From assembly GCA_017518975.1 (NCBI GenBank), contig JAFWTH010000140.1:23467-87466 (forward strand): a stretch of 64,000 bases of DNA, given 5' to 3'. Each line of letters opens with the position of its first letter. Positions within the stretch are counted from its first letter, which is position 1. Below, piece after piece: positions 43,458 through 52,187 of this stretch. The notes beneath the pieces are model-generated. The model was given only the letters and a program-made list of their open reading frames with translations. It was not told where the DNA came from and did no database searches. The translations under genes and the position numbers were made by a program. The DNA comes from Clostridia bacterium. Its GTDB lineage: Bacteria; Bacillota; Clostridia; Oscillospirales; CAG-272.

Positions 43458-43883
43458 ATGAATGACGAGAATACGCCGAAAGAGAAGGAAGTGAAGCGCA
43501 GGTTTCAGTCCTGGCTCCGACCATCGACGATCAAGCTTATGGATCGCTTGTACGAAGATGACAACTGCAGAAGCAGATCTGAATTCATAGAAAAAGCCAT
43601 TCGCTTCTACGCCGGATACCTCTCCACACAGAACGCAAGAGAGTATCTCCCAAACGTGGTGATCTCTACGCTGAAAAGTATTGTCGCGGAAAGCGATAAC
43701 CGACAGAACAGAATGATGTTCAAGCTGGCCGTGGAGATTGCGATCATGCAGAATCTCGTTGCGCTCCAGCAGGACGTCGATCCGCTGTCGCTCGAAAGAT
43801 TGCGCGGCGACTGCGTCAAAGAAGTCAAACGACTCAACGGCTCCTTCTCTTTTGAAGATGCGGTCAACTGGCAGAAAGACTAA
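43458..43883 (+). CDS. Relaxosome accessory protein (RHH/MobC-like)
   Basis: ATG 43458 follows ACAGGAGTGA. ...RRFQSWLRPSTIKLMDRLYEDDNCRSRSEFIEKAIRFY... is RHH-like. It lies immediately upstream of the relaxase. Confidence 0.55.
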   Translation: MNDENTPKEKEVKRRFQSWLRPSTIKLMDRLYEDDNCRSRSEFIEKAIRFYAGYLSTQNAREYLPNVVISTLKSIVAESDNRQNRMMFKLAVEIAIMQNLVALQQDVDPLSLERLRGDCVKEVKRLNGSFSFEDAVNWQKD

Positions 43884-43886
43884 CGG

Positions 43887-45266
43887 ATGGCAAAACTCAT
43901 TACCAAATTCAAATATCTGAAACCGTCCGCAAGGCAGAGCGTCGGCGGCTATGCAAAATATATTGCAACCCGTGAAGGCGTGGAGAAAGTCGATGACACC
44001 TTCAAAACTGATCCTCCTACGGAGAAACAAAAGAAGCTGATCGAAAGAATCCTTCGGGACTTCAAGGACAGCAAAGACATGTTGGAGTACGAAGACTATC
44101 TCAAGGAACCTACGCTTGGGAACGCTTCGGAATTCATCACTCGTGCCCTGGAGGACAACGCCCATGAAGCCTCCGGAGTAAAAACATACGCAGACTACAT
44201 CGCAACTCGTCCGAGAGTGGAACGTTTTGGCTCTCACGGTTTGTTCACTGACGATGGCGTCCGTGTAAAACTCGAAGATGTGTCCAAAGAACTGAATAAG
44301 TACGAAGGCAACGTGTGGACGGTGATCATTTCGCTTCGCCGTGAAGATGCGGAGCGACTCGGTTTCAATTCGGGTAAACGCTGGCGGGATATGCTTCGAA
44401 CTCAAACGGAAACGATTGCAAAGAGTTTCAAAATTCCTGTGGGAGATCTGAAATGGTACGCCGCCTTCCACAATGAGAGCCACCATCCTCACGTTCATCT
44501 CATGGTCTACTCCTCCGAACAGGCGAAGCCATATCTCACACAGAAAGGCATTATGAATCTGCGCTCCTCATTTGCCAAAGATATTTTTGCGGATGATCTG
44601 TTTTCTGTTTATGAAAAGCAGACGGAACATCGAAATGCACTTCGTGCGCAGAGTCGGGAGATGATCGCCGGAATCGTTTCTCGGATCAACAACGGAACCT
44701 ATGACAATCCTGTTGTTGAAAACAAACTGCTTGAACTTGCCGAACGGCTGTCAAAAACGAGAGGTAAAAAACAATACGGGTATCTGAAAGCGGACGTCAA
44801 AGCTATCGTGAACGGAATTGTATCCGAGCTCGCCTCCGATGAACGGATCGCTGCTCTTTATGATCTTTGGTATGAGCAGCGGGAAGAAGTTATTCGCACT
44901 TACACCGAAGAATTGCCTGATCGCATTCCATTGGTGGACAACCCGGAATTCAAACCGATCAAAAACGCAGTCATTCGGGAAGCCCTGAAAATCTTGGGAG
45001 GCAGTTTGACAGACAACAAACAGGACGAACAGAAAAGTTACGTTGCAAACAACGGGCCGGAGTTGATCGACCGATCATTACAAGAAGAACATTCTGGTCG
45101 AGAACGGGATGTTGTTCTCAGCACCGCCCGTCTTTTTCATTACCTCAGCAAGATGATACAGAATCAAATTGATTCCGGAACTCAGGGTACAATGAAGACT
45201 ACTGACCGGAAACTGAAGCGCAGAATAAATGAGAAGAAATATGCGCATGGTCTCAAGCAGGGATAA
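43887..45266 (+). CDS. Relaxase (MOBP/MobL-type)
   Basis: The N-terminal ...GGYAKYIATREGVE...YADYIATRPRVERFGSHGLF and the histidine cluster FHNESHHPHVHLMVYS are typical of this relaxase class. Confidence 0.75.
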   Translation: MAKLITKFKYLKPSARQSVGGYAKYIATREGVEKVDDTFKTDPPTEKQKKLIERILRDFKDSKDMLEYEDYLKEPTLGNASEFITRALEDNAHEASGVKTYADYIATRPRVERFGSHGLFTDDGVRVKLEDVSKELNKYEGNVWTVIISLRREDAERLGFNSGKRWRDMLRTQTETIAKSFKIPVGDLKWYAAFHNESHHPHVHLMVYSSEQAKPYLTQKGIMNLRSSFAKDIFADDLFSVYEKQTEHRNALRAQSREMIAGIVSRINNGTYDNPVVENKLLELAERLSKTRGKKQYGYLKADVKAIVNGIVSELASDERIAALYDLWYEQREEVIRTYTEELPDRIPLVDNPEFKPIKNAVIREALKILGGSLTDNKQDEQKSYVANNGPELIDRSLQEEHSGRERDVVLSTARLFHYLSKMIQNQIDSGTQGTMKTTDRKLKRRINEKKYAHGLKQG

Positions 45267-45348
45267 AAACACCGCCCGTGGTTTTGAATGTCCACAGGCG
45301 GCTTGATTATGATTTGAGGAGCTTCTAATTTCTTTATTGTGGAAGTCA

Positions 45349-46572
45349 TCACAGATAATTGACCGGAATGGCGTGATCTTTTCCGCGCAGGGTGACAAGA
45401 TTGTCATACAGACAAATAACTCCTCCCGGCCCACGTTTGACGCCGGTCAATTTATCAAGCACGGAAAAGGCATCGAGATCACGTTTCTGCGGATCGGCGT
45501 GCTTTTTTATCTCTATAGGATAAAGGACACCTCCGTCGTCAATAAGCAAGTCGATCTCGTTCATGTCTTTATCGCGGTAGAAATACAGCGGCGGCTCAAG
45601 GATCCCCTTGTTGTAGTAACTCTTGATGACCTCTGAAACAACAAAGCTTTCAAAGAATGCTCCAGCCATCGCTCCGTTTTTCAAAACGTCAACAGTATTC
45701 CATTTCGTTAAATACGTTGCAAGCCCTGTGTCAAGGAAATAAAGTTTCGGAGTTTTGATCGCACGTTTTGTGATGTTGTTGGAATACGGGTGCAGGAGAT
45801 ACACAAGGTTAGACGCAACAAGAATCGACATCCAGCGATCGGCAGTAGGTTGACTGATTCCAACGTCCCGGGCAAGCGAGGCAAGGTTTAAAAGTTGCCC
45901 GGTGGTTGCGGCTGCTGCGGTCATAAACTTTGTGAATTTGACCGTGTCACCGATCTCGGTTAAATCTCTGACGTCACGCTCAATGTAAGTTCTGACGTAG
46001 GCGCCATAAAACATTTGCCAATCAAAATCTGGGTTCTCACAAAGCTCAGGCATGCTGCCTCGATGGATTGCTTCCCAAACCTCATCGTATGGAATAGATG
46101 CAAGGTGCCTTTTCCTTTCGGAGAAGTAATCGTCCGTCGGAAGGAAAGGCAAATCAAAGTCGACACTGTGCGTCTCGCGCAGAGAAAAGCCAAGCAGAGT
46201 GATAAGCCCGATTCTCCCGGCAAGAGACTCACTGACATTCTTCATCATCTTGAATTGCTGAGAACCGCACATGAAGAACTGCCCCTTCTTGTGATCTCTA
46301 TCAAGAATCATTTTGATTTGCGGGAACAGTTCAGGCGCCTTTTGTATCTCATCAACAAAAACAGGCGGCGGATTGTCCATGAAGAAAGTCCCGCTTTCCT
46401 CCCGGGCGCTTGTAAGCATAACCATGTCGTCCATAGTGGTATAGTTGATACCATTTGTTATCTTTTTCAGCATAGTTGTCTTTCCAACCTGCCTCGGCCC
46501 GGCAACAAGTACGGCACCAAACATTTTGGAAAGTTGCTCAACTGCCGGTTCAGCATGACGTGGGATATACAT
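45349..46572 (-). CDS. AAA+ ATPase with a DUF4143 C-terminal domain (cargo gene on the opposite strand)
   Basis: ATG 46572 follows GGAGGTC. Walker A is LVAGPRQVGKTT, Walker B-like is PVFVDEIQ, and the C-terminal part is ...FYRDKDMNEIDLLIDDGGVLYPIEIKKH. The ORF-track N-terminal extension to 46815 has no support. Confidence 0.75.
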   Translation of the reverse strand: MYIPRHAEPAVEQLSKMFGAVLVAGPRQVGKTTMLKKITNGINYTTMDDMVMLTSAREESGTFFMDNPPPVFVDEIQKAPELFPQIKMILDRDHKKGQFFMCGSQQFKMMKNVSESLAGRIGLITLLGFSLRETHSVDFDLPFLPTDDYFSERKRHLASIPYDEVWEAIHRGSMPELCENPDFDWQMFYGAYVRTYIERDVRDLTEIGDTVKFTKFMTAAAATTGQLLNLASLARDVGISQPTADRWMSILVASNLVYLLHPYSNNITKRAIKTPKLYFLDTGLATYLTKWNTVDVLKNGAMAGAFFESFVVSEVIKSYYNKGILEPPLYFYRDKDMNEIDLLIDDGGVLYPIEIKKHADPQKRDLDAFSVLDKLTGVKRGPGGVICLYDNLVTLRGKDHAIPVNYL

Positions 46573-46798
46573 CAGGAAGACCTCCTCGTCCAATTTAATA
46601 TCCGATATTATTATAGCCGATATGAGGCAATATATCAAGCCATTTTTGAAAAAACATAAACGTAAATCTAAAAAAATGACGTGCGTAGTATAGATTTTTG
46701 CAACTATTGACATTTTTCTATAATAGAATGGAACATAACTCACGAACAGATAAGTAATTGAACGACAACAATACACGAAATCCGAAGAAGGAGGTTTT

Positions 46799-47728
46799 AT
46801 GCCAACGAAGTACATTCATTTCACGGACGAGCAAAGAGAACGCGCTCGTCAAAGAGACATCTGCGACCTGCTCCGTTCGCAGGGAGAAACGCTCAAGCGA
46901 TCAGGGTCAGAATACGAGTGGGGGGATGGATCGCAGAAAGTCACCATCCGCGGGAACCTGTGGTTTCATCAGTACGATCAGCAGGGCGGGGACGCCATTG
47001 ACTTCGTCCGAAGGTTCTATGGCAAAGATTACCCGGAAGCGGTTGCATTTTTGCTTAACAGCTCTGATGGAACGCTGGCTATATCGCCTCCTGTTGAGAG
47101 CAAGCCGAAAAAGCCGTTTGAACTCCCACCCCGAAACGATAACAACCGAAGGGTACTCGCTTACCTTCTGTCAAAGCGCGGGCTCGACCGAGAAGTCGTG
47201 TATGCTTTTGTGCACAATCAAATGATCTATGAGTCGGCTCAATACCACAACGCTGTGTTCGTAGGTTGTGATCCGAAAGGTATTCCCCGCCATGCAAATC
47301 TGCGTGGGACAGGCAGCAGAAGCACATTCAAGGGAAACGCCGACAGCAGTATGCCGGAGTACAGCTTTCACTGGACCGGGAAAAGCAAGTATGTATTCCT
47401 CTTTGAGGCGCCGATAGACATGCTCTCTTTTATTTCTATGCATAAGGAGAATTGGCGAGACCACAGCTATGCTGCCTCCTGTTCTGTGTCGGACAGAGTA
47501 CTGGTCCAGATGTTGAAGGATAATCCTCAGATAACTGAGGTGTTCATCTGCTTTGACAGCGATGAGCCGGGACAGATAGCTGCAAAGCGGATCAGCGACA
47601 GGCTGTTCACACAAGGAATAACTTCAAAAATCCTCGTTCCGGAGCATAAGGACTGGAACGAGGACGTTTTATCTACGAATCAAGAAGAAAGCGAGGTGAA
47701 GAAACCGTGTCAGGTATTCGGACTTTGA
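46799..47728 (+). CDS. DUF3991/Toprim-domain protein (primase-like)
   Basis: RBS GAAGGAGG. The Toprim acidic motifs LFEAPIDMLS and ICFDSDEPGQ are present. It sits upstream of the T4CP, as in many Firmicute ICEs. Confidence 0.7.
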   Translation: MPTKYIHFTDEQRERARQRDICDLLRSQGETLKRSGSEYEWGDGSQKVTIRGNLWFHQYDQQGGDAIDFVRRFYGKDYPEAVAFLLNSSDGTLAISPPVESKPKKPFELPPRNDNNRRVLAYLLSKRGLDREVVYAFVHNQMIYESAQYHNAVFVGCDPKGIPRHANLRGTGSRSTFKGNADSSMPEYSFHWTGKSKYVFLFEAPIDMLSFISMHKENWRDHSYAASCSVSDRVLVQMLKDNPQITEVFICFDSDEPGQIAAKRISDRLFTQGITSKILVPEHKDWNEDVLSTNQEESEVKKPCQVFGL

Positions 47729-49545
47729 TTATCGTCGGCGTTGTTATGTTCAGCGTCCTCGGAGGGATCACTCTGCTTGCGTACGTTTACAGTCTCAACA
47801 ACATCAAATCAAAAACGGTCGGCGACGGACAACACGGAACAGCACGCTGGATGACCAAGGGCGAACAGCGGAGAGTGTATAGGCATATCCCGTTTACTCC
47901 AAAGAAATGGCGGGAACAAGCCAAGAATGGTAAGATTCCTACAGACGAAGACGGCAAACCTCTTCCTCAGGGAATCGTTGTCGGATGCTCAGGAAATACC
48001 ACAGCGATGGTAGATACCGGTGACGTCCACGTGCTCATGATCGGTGCGGCAGGAGTGGGCAAAACTGCTTTCTGGCTGTATCCTTGTATCGAGTACGCAT
48101 GCGCCAGCGGGATGAGTTTCCTCTCCACAGATACCAAAGGCGACGTCATGCGCAACTACGGAAACATTGCAAAAGGTTATGGGTACAATGTCTCTGTGAT
48201 AGATCTGCGTAATCCCACCCGATCCAACGGGAACAACCTTCTGCATCTCGTCAACAAATATATGGATCTGTATCAATCGAATCCTGATATGCTGGTGTAT
48301 AAGGCGAAAGCTGAGAAGTATGCGAAGATCATCTCAAAAACCATCATCCTATCCGGCATGGATGCGGCGAGCTTCGGTCAGAACGCTTACTTCTACGACG
48401 CAGCGGAAGGTCTCCTGACAGCAACGATCCTGCTTGTGGCAGAGTTCTGCAGGCCGGAGGAACGGCACATCGTGTCGGTATTTAAAATAATACAGGAACT
48501 GTTGGCTCCCTCAGGTAAGAAAGGAAAGAATCAATTTCAGCAGCTCATGGAGATGCTCCCGAGTGATCATAAAGCCAAATGGTTCGCCGGAGCCGCTCTG
48601 AACACCGCCGAGCAGAGTATGGCGTCTGTAATGTCCACGGCATTGTCCCGTCTTAACTCCTTCCTGGACTCAGAGTTGGAACAACTCCTGTGCTTCGATA
48701 CAGAGATCGACGCCGAGAAGTTCTGCTGTGAAAAGTCTGCTATCTTTATCATTATGCCGGAGGAAGATCCCACCACCTTCTTTATGATCTCTCTTATCAT
48801 CCAACAACTATACCGTGAGATCCTTGCAGTAGCAGATGAAAACGGCGGTCAGCTCAAAAACCGCTGCGTGTTCTTCTGCGATGAGTTCGGAACTCTCCCG
48901 AAGATCGAATCTGCGGAGATGATGTTCAGCGCGTCCAGATCCAGACGTCTGCAGATCGTCCCGATCATTCAGTCCTTTGCCCAACTCGAAAGGAATTACG
49001 GCAAAGAAGGAGCGGAAATAATAGTCGACAATACGCAGATCACTCTGTTCGGCGGGTTTGCGCCCAACAGTTCGTCTGCAGATACTCTATCCAAAGCCTT
49101 AGGAAGTCGTACTGTCATGTCCGGATCGGTCTCCAGAAGCAAATCCGATCCCTCGGAATCTCTGCAGATGATGGAACGCCCGCTCCTTACTCCAGACGAG
49201 TTGAAATCATTACCAAAGGGAGAGTTCATTGTGATGAAAACAGGTGTTCATCCAATGCGCGTCCGTCTTAAACTGTTTTTCAAGTGGGGAATTGATTTTG
49301 ACAAGGACAGTCCATATACTGTGGCGGAGAATGGCAATCGCAAAGTTCAATATGCCAGCAAAGCGGAATTGATGGACAAGATAGCGAGAAAGTATATGCC
49401 GGAAGTACTCTATGAATATGACGGTGAAAGTGAAAGCGGTGGTATGCCCGGGCCGGTACAAAAAGAGACAAACACCCATAAGTCTTCGATGAAGAATCAA
49501 AGAAGAAACAGACAACCGAAGCCTCTTCCTCTTCATGACTATTAA
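47707..49545 (+). CDS. virD4: Type IV coupling protein (VirD4/TraG family)
   Basis: The N-terminal TM helix is followed by Walker A MIGAAGVGKTA and Walker B VFFCDEF, with ...SRRLQIVPIIQSFAQL.... The GTG start follows GAGGTGA. Confidence 0.85.
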   Translation: MSGIRTLIIVGVVMFSVLGGITLLAYVYSLNNIKSKTVGDGQHGTARWMTKGEQRRVYRHIPFTPKKWREQAKNGKIPTDEDGKPLPQGIVVGCSGNTTAMVDTGDVHVLMIGAAGVGKTAFWLYPCIEYACASGMSFLSTDTKGDVMRNYGNIAKGYGYNVSVIDLRNPTRSNGNNLLHLVNKYMDLYQSNPDMLVYKAKAEKYAKIISKTIILSGMDAASFGQNAYFYDAAEGLLTATILLVAEFCRPEERHIVSVFKIIQELLAPSGKKGKNQFQQLMEMLPSDHKAKWFAGAALNTAEQSMASVMSTALSRLNSFLDSELEQLLCFDTEIDAEKFCCEKSAIFIIMPEEDPTTFFMISLIIQQLYREILAVADENGGQLKNRCVFFCDEFGTLPKIESAEMMFSASRSRRLQIVPIIQSFAQLERNYGKEGAEIIVDNTQITLFGGFAPNSSSADTLSKALGSRTVMSGSVSRSKSDPSESLQMMERPLLTPDELKSLPKGEFIVMKTGVHPMRVRLKLFFKWGIDFDKDSPYTVAENGNRKVQYASKAELMDKIARKYMPEVLYEYDGESESGGMPGPVQKETNTHKSSMKNQRRNRQPKPLPLHDY

Positions 49546-49572
49546 CTGGATAATCTGTTCCCTATACAGGAG

Positions 49573-49848
49573 GTGGAAACAACGAGCAAACTTGATTCAA
49601 TATACCATTCAGATCTTCCGCACCGAGCTGTCACGGTGTATGCGTACCTTGCAGATCGGGCTAATAAGGATGGAGAGTGCTGGCCGGCGATTCCCACCAT
49701 AGCTCGTGAATTGAAGTTGTCACAATCCACCGTCCGGCGTGCTCTACAGGATCTCAGAAAAGAAGGATTTATTCAAACAGAACAACGATACCGAGAACAT
49801 GGCGGCAAAAGCAGTCTGTTGTTCATATTGAGGAACGATCGAAAATAG
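49573..49848 (+). CDS. Helix-turn-helix (HTH_36-like) DNA-binding protein
   Basis: ...IYHSDLPHRAVTVYAYLADRANKDGECWPAIPTIARELKLSQSTVRRALQDLRKEGFI.... The start codon is uncertain because GTG 49573 abuts the AGGAGG. Confidence 0.6.
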   Translation: METTSKLDSIYHSDLPHRAVTVYAYLADRANKDGECWPAIPTIARELKLSQSTVRRALQDLRKEGFIQTEQRYREHGGKSSLLFILRNDRK

Positions 49849-50003
49849 TCCCCTCCGCCAAGAGGGGACTATGCCTATTTGCTGACAGGTGCCACCTGTC
49901 ACTGTGCAAGGACAAGGTGAATAACCCATTTGAAAAGATAAACAGCAGAAATAGTAGGAATAATAAAACTCGCACAAATCATTAAAGTGTCTAAATGCTC
50001 CGG

Positions 50004-51188
50004 TTAATCAGAATCCTGTCTATATCCAGTTGAGTTTGGCGCATAGTCAACCTTTTTCATATCATCAGAAAAACCCAAGTGAAATAACACATTCTCACAT
50101 CGTTTAACGTTATCAAATTCATGTAAAAAAACAGGATTCGATATATAAAACGCTTTTGACAAAACGGAACAAAACGGAAAAGCATCAGATAACTGTTCTC
50201 CGCTTGTCGGGAATACATAATTGAACCCCATTTCTGAAGCTTTAACTGATGCACATGAAAAATATCGAATACCAATCAGCCTATCCTTTCCTTTATTCCT
50301 GTTTGGGTAGAGACTAGCTTCATATCTTACCCATTGCATCAGTAATTGAGGAATAATGTACTCCGGAGCAAACGGATCACTTTTATTGCATCTTATAAAT
50401 GAGCAAGCAGCAATCAGTGGATACCATAATAAATATGACGATTTAATCCCAGAGTTATGAGAAAGCTGGTTTTTAATATGCCTATAACGTTCTTTATCTC
50501 TGTTGTCGTCAATGGAGGTCTCCAAAAAGTCCTGTGGCTTTATCCCAAGTTCAATGACTTTTATATATGTATTGGAATCATTTATTGATCGATCAATTTT
50601 GAATAGCGATGCCAAAGCAAAACTATTGTTGTTTTTGACATTGATTTCTTCACAACACAACTCCAGTGACGTACCTAAGTAAAGACTTGGGAAACCGGCG
50701 ATACTATATCTGCTCGTTGATACTTTTGATCTCAGGGTATATGGCGTGTGAAAAACTCTACTTCTTGGATACGGTTTATTATCGTCAACTTTAACAACGC
50801 GATACAGACTCAAAGGGTCATTATATCGGTGATGTTTGAAGTGTTCAAGTACACTTTTATTATAAACTTTCAAAGGGTTCGCTTCAAATATTCTCATTGC
50901 TTTTGTAAATGCATCAAAAGCAGAATGCGGGAATCCGCTCAAGTAATGGTTAACAGACTCAATAAGGAATTGAGTTACACTCTCAACTTTGTCTAAATCG
51001 AAACTTAACAGTTTAGAAGAATTGTCAATCTGGGGATTATCCCGTACATACTTAAGGAGGGACAAATAATAATCAAGTTTATCTTTAAGAGTGTTTTTAA
51101 AGTCAATACCATCCCAGCGAAATGGTAAAAACAGTTTGTCGTCATTCATGATTCTTCTAAATAGTTCATGGGAAATATCAATTATCAT
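50004..51188 (-). CDS. RES-domain protein with a long N-terminal extension
   Basis: ...RSRVFHTPYTLRSKVSTSRYSIAGFPSLYLGTSLELCCEEI... fits the R...S(R)Y/F..G.P.LYL..S...(A/C).E pattern of RES domains. No Xre-type partner gene is adjacent. Confidence 0.45.
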   Translation of the reverse strand: MIIDISHELFRRIMNDDKLFLPFRWDGIDFKNTLKDKLDYYLSLLKYVRDNPQIDNSSKLLSFDLDKVESVTQFLIESVNHYLSGFPHSAFDAFTKAMRIFEANPLKVYNKSVLEHFKHHRYNDPLSLYRVVKVDDNKPYPRSRVFHTPYTLRSKVSTSRYSIAGFPSLYLGTSLELCCEEINVKNNNSFALASLFKIDRSINDSNTYIKVIELGIKPQDFLETSIDDNRDKERYRHIKNQLSHNSGIKSSYLLWYPLIAACSFIRCNKSDPFAPEYIIPQLLMQWVRYEASLYPNRNKGKDRLIGIRYFSCASVKASEMGFNYVFPTSGEQLSDAFPFCSVLSKAFYISNPVFLHEFDNVKRCENVLFHLGFSDDMKKVDYAPNSTGYRQDSD

Positions 51189-51268
51189 CTTATTTTTCGC
51201 GCTTGATAATTACTGCGCCTACCCCTTCTTTTATGTTACTTTTTAACTCATTCAGTAGAAAATACATT

Positions 51269-51308
51269 ATTCATATGGACCTCTCAAATATGAGAGGTCC
51301 ATATGAAT
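51269..51308 (-). terminator. 18-bp perfect hairpin between the SLH gene and the RES gene
   Basis: ATTCATATGGACCTCTCA-AATA-TGAGAGGTCCATATGAAT. It lies downstream of the 51332 stop in the direction of transcription. Confidence 0.55.
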
Positions 51309-51331
51309 CCATTATCTGAATAACTTCTTTT

Positions 51332-52171
51332 TCACTTATTCAAATAATCAATAAATCTTTCAAGCATAACCGCATATTCAGCTCGAGTTACGAATTCGTA
51401 CGGTCGAAGAGATCCGTCAGGGTAGCCTTTAAGTATTCCGTTGGCGACAGCCCATGAGAGATAATCGCGGATGTGTGTTTCCTCAAACTCTCTCGTGTCG
51501 GTTCTTCTGTATGCTATATCATTGACCGGATATAAGTCAGACCAGTTTCTGTCAGTTATATTGTCGTAATCGGAAAAATCGGGTATCTCAGCTTGAGGGC
51601 TCGTGTCTTTCCCCGCGTATTCAACGTAGAAAAACATACTGATAATTACGTCCCCTCTCCTCATACCCCGATACGATGGGTAATGTTCGCCGTTGCCGAT
51701 ATCTTCATACCATTTGCCCGCGGCGAAATACATATTATTATCCTTTTTGGGGAACGCTCTCGTGACCGCGCTCATAACCGGCACACTGCTGTCAGACAGT
51801 TCGACTATCCCGTTCTCGACGGACCAAATTGCGCTGTCATAATACCAATCCCCAGGTGCCGAATCAGAACCTGTCCATCCTATGTTAGCTACAGTATACT
51901 GTTCCCATGTTTTTTCGGTTTTTGGGCACCCTGCAAGACGGTAAAGCGTCTCACCCATTTCCGCGACGCGAAGATAACCGGACGGATTGAATTTTCCGTT
52001 GCCGACCCCTTTAAACAAACCGCTTGAATGAAGGTTTTCGACCGACTCTTTAGCCCATCCATATCCATCGAGATCAGAAAACGGTTCAAAGGCGACCGCT
52101 GAGGATACGGTGGCAGGAAGTAACAATATGACTACAAGTAATCCTATGATTATCCCTTTGATTATTTTCAT
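51332..52171 (-). CDS. Secreted SLH-domain protein
   Basis: A signal peptide is followed by an N-terminal SLH repeat (FSDLDGYGWAKESVENLHSSGLFKGVGNGKFNPSGYLRVAEM) and a C-terminal SLH repeat (IRDYLSWAVANGILKGYPDGSLRPYEFVTRAEYAVML). Confidence 0.7.
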   Translation of the reverse strand: MKIIKGIIIGLLVVILLLPATVSSAVAFEPFSDLDGYGWAKESVENLHSSGLFKGVGNGKFNPSGYLRVAEMGETLYRLAGCPKTEKTWEQYTVANIGWTGSDSAPGDWYYDSAIWSVENGIVELSDSSVPVMSAVTRAFPKKDNNMYFAAGKWYEDIGNGEHYPSYRGMRRGDVIISMFFYVEYAGKDTSPQAEIPDFSDYDNITDRNWSDLYPVNDIAYRRTDTREFEETHIRDYLSWAVANGILKGYPDGSLRPYEFVTRAEYAVMLERFIDYLNK

Positions 52172-52187
52172 TTATGCCTCCATTTGG

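Larger units (their letters stand above)
15557..49870 (+). mobile_element. Conjugative element backbone (ICE-like, Firmicute T4SS with VirB4, VirD4-type T4CP, MOBP/MobL-type relaxase); recombinase module absent from the window
   Basis: A co-directional block of about 45 genes includes virB4, a T4CP, a relaxase, VirB6/VirB3/VirB2-like genes, a cell-wall hydrolase, a sortase-anchored adhesin and anti-restriction-type genes. By eye it is uniformly more GC-rich than the flanks. The left limit is taken at the conserved pre-gene segment and the right limit at the hairpin after the last HTH gene. Confidence 0.8.

Noticed and set aside
46573-46815. N-terminal extension of the DUF4143 ATPase ORF, and the similar extensions of 56008-57216, 62711-63541, 43356-43457 and 26427-26462
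   Set aside because: In each case an internal ATG preceded by a GGAGG-type RBS coincides with the start of family homology or of a signal peptide, and the upstream part is AT-rich junk translation.
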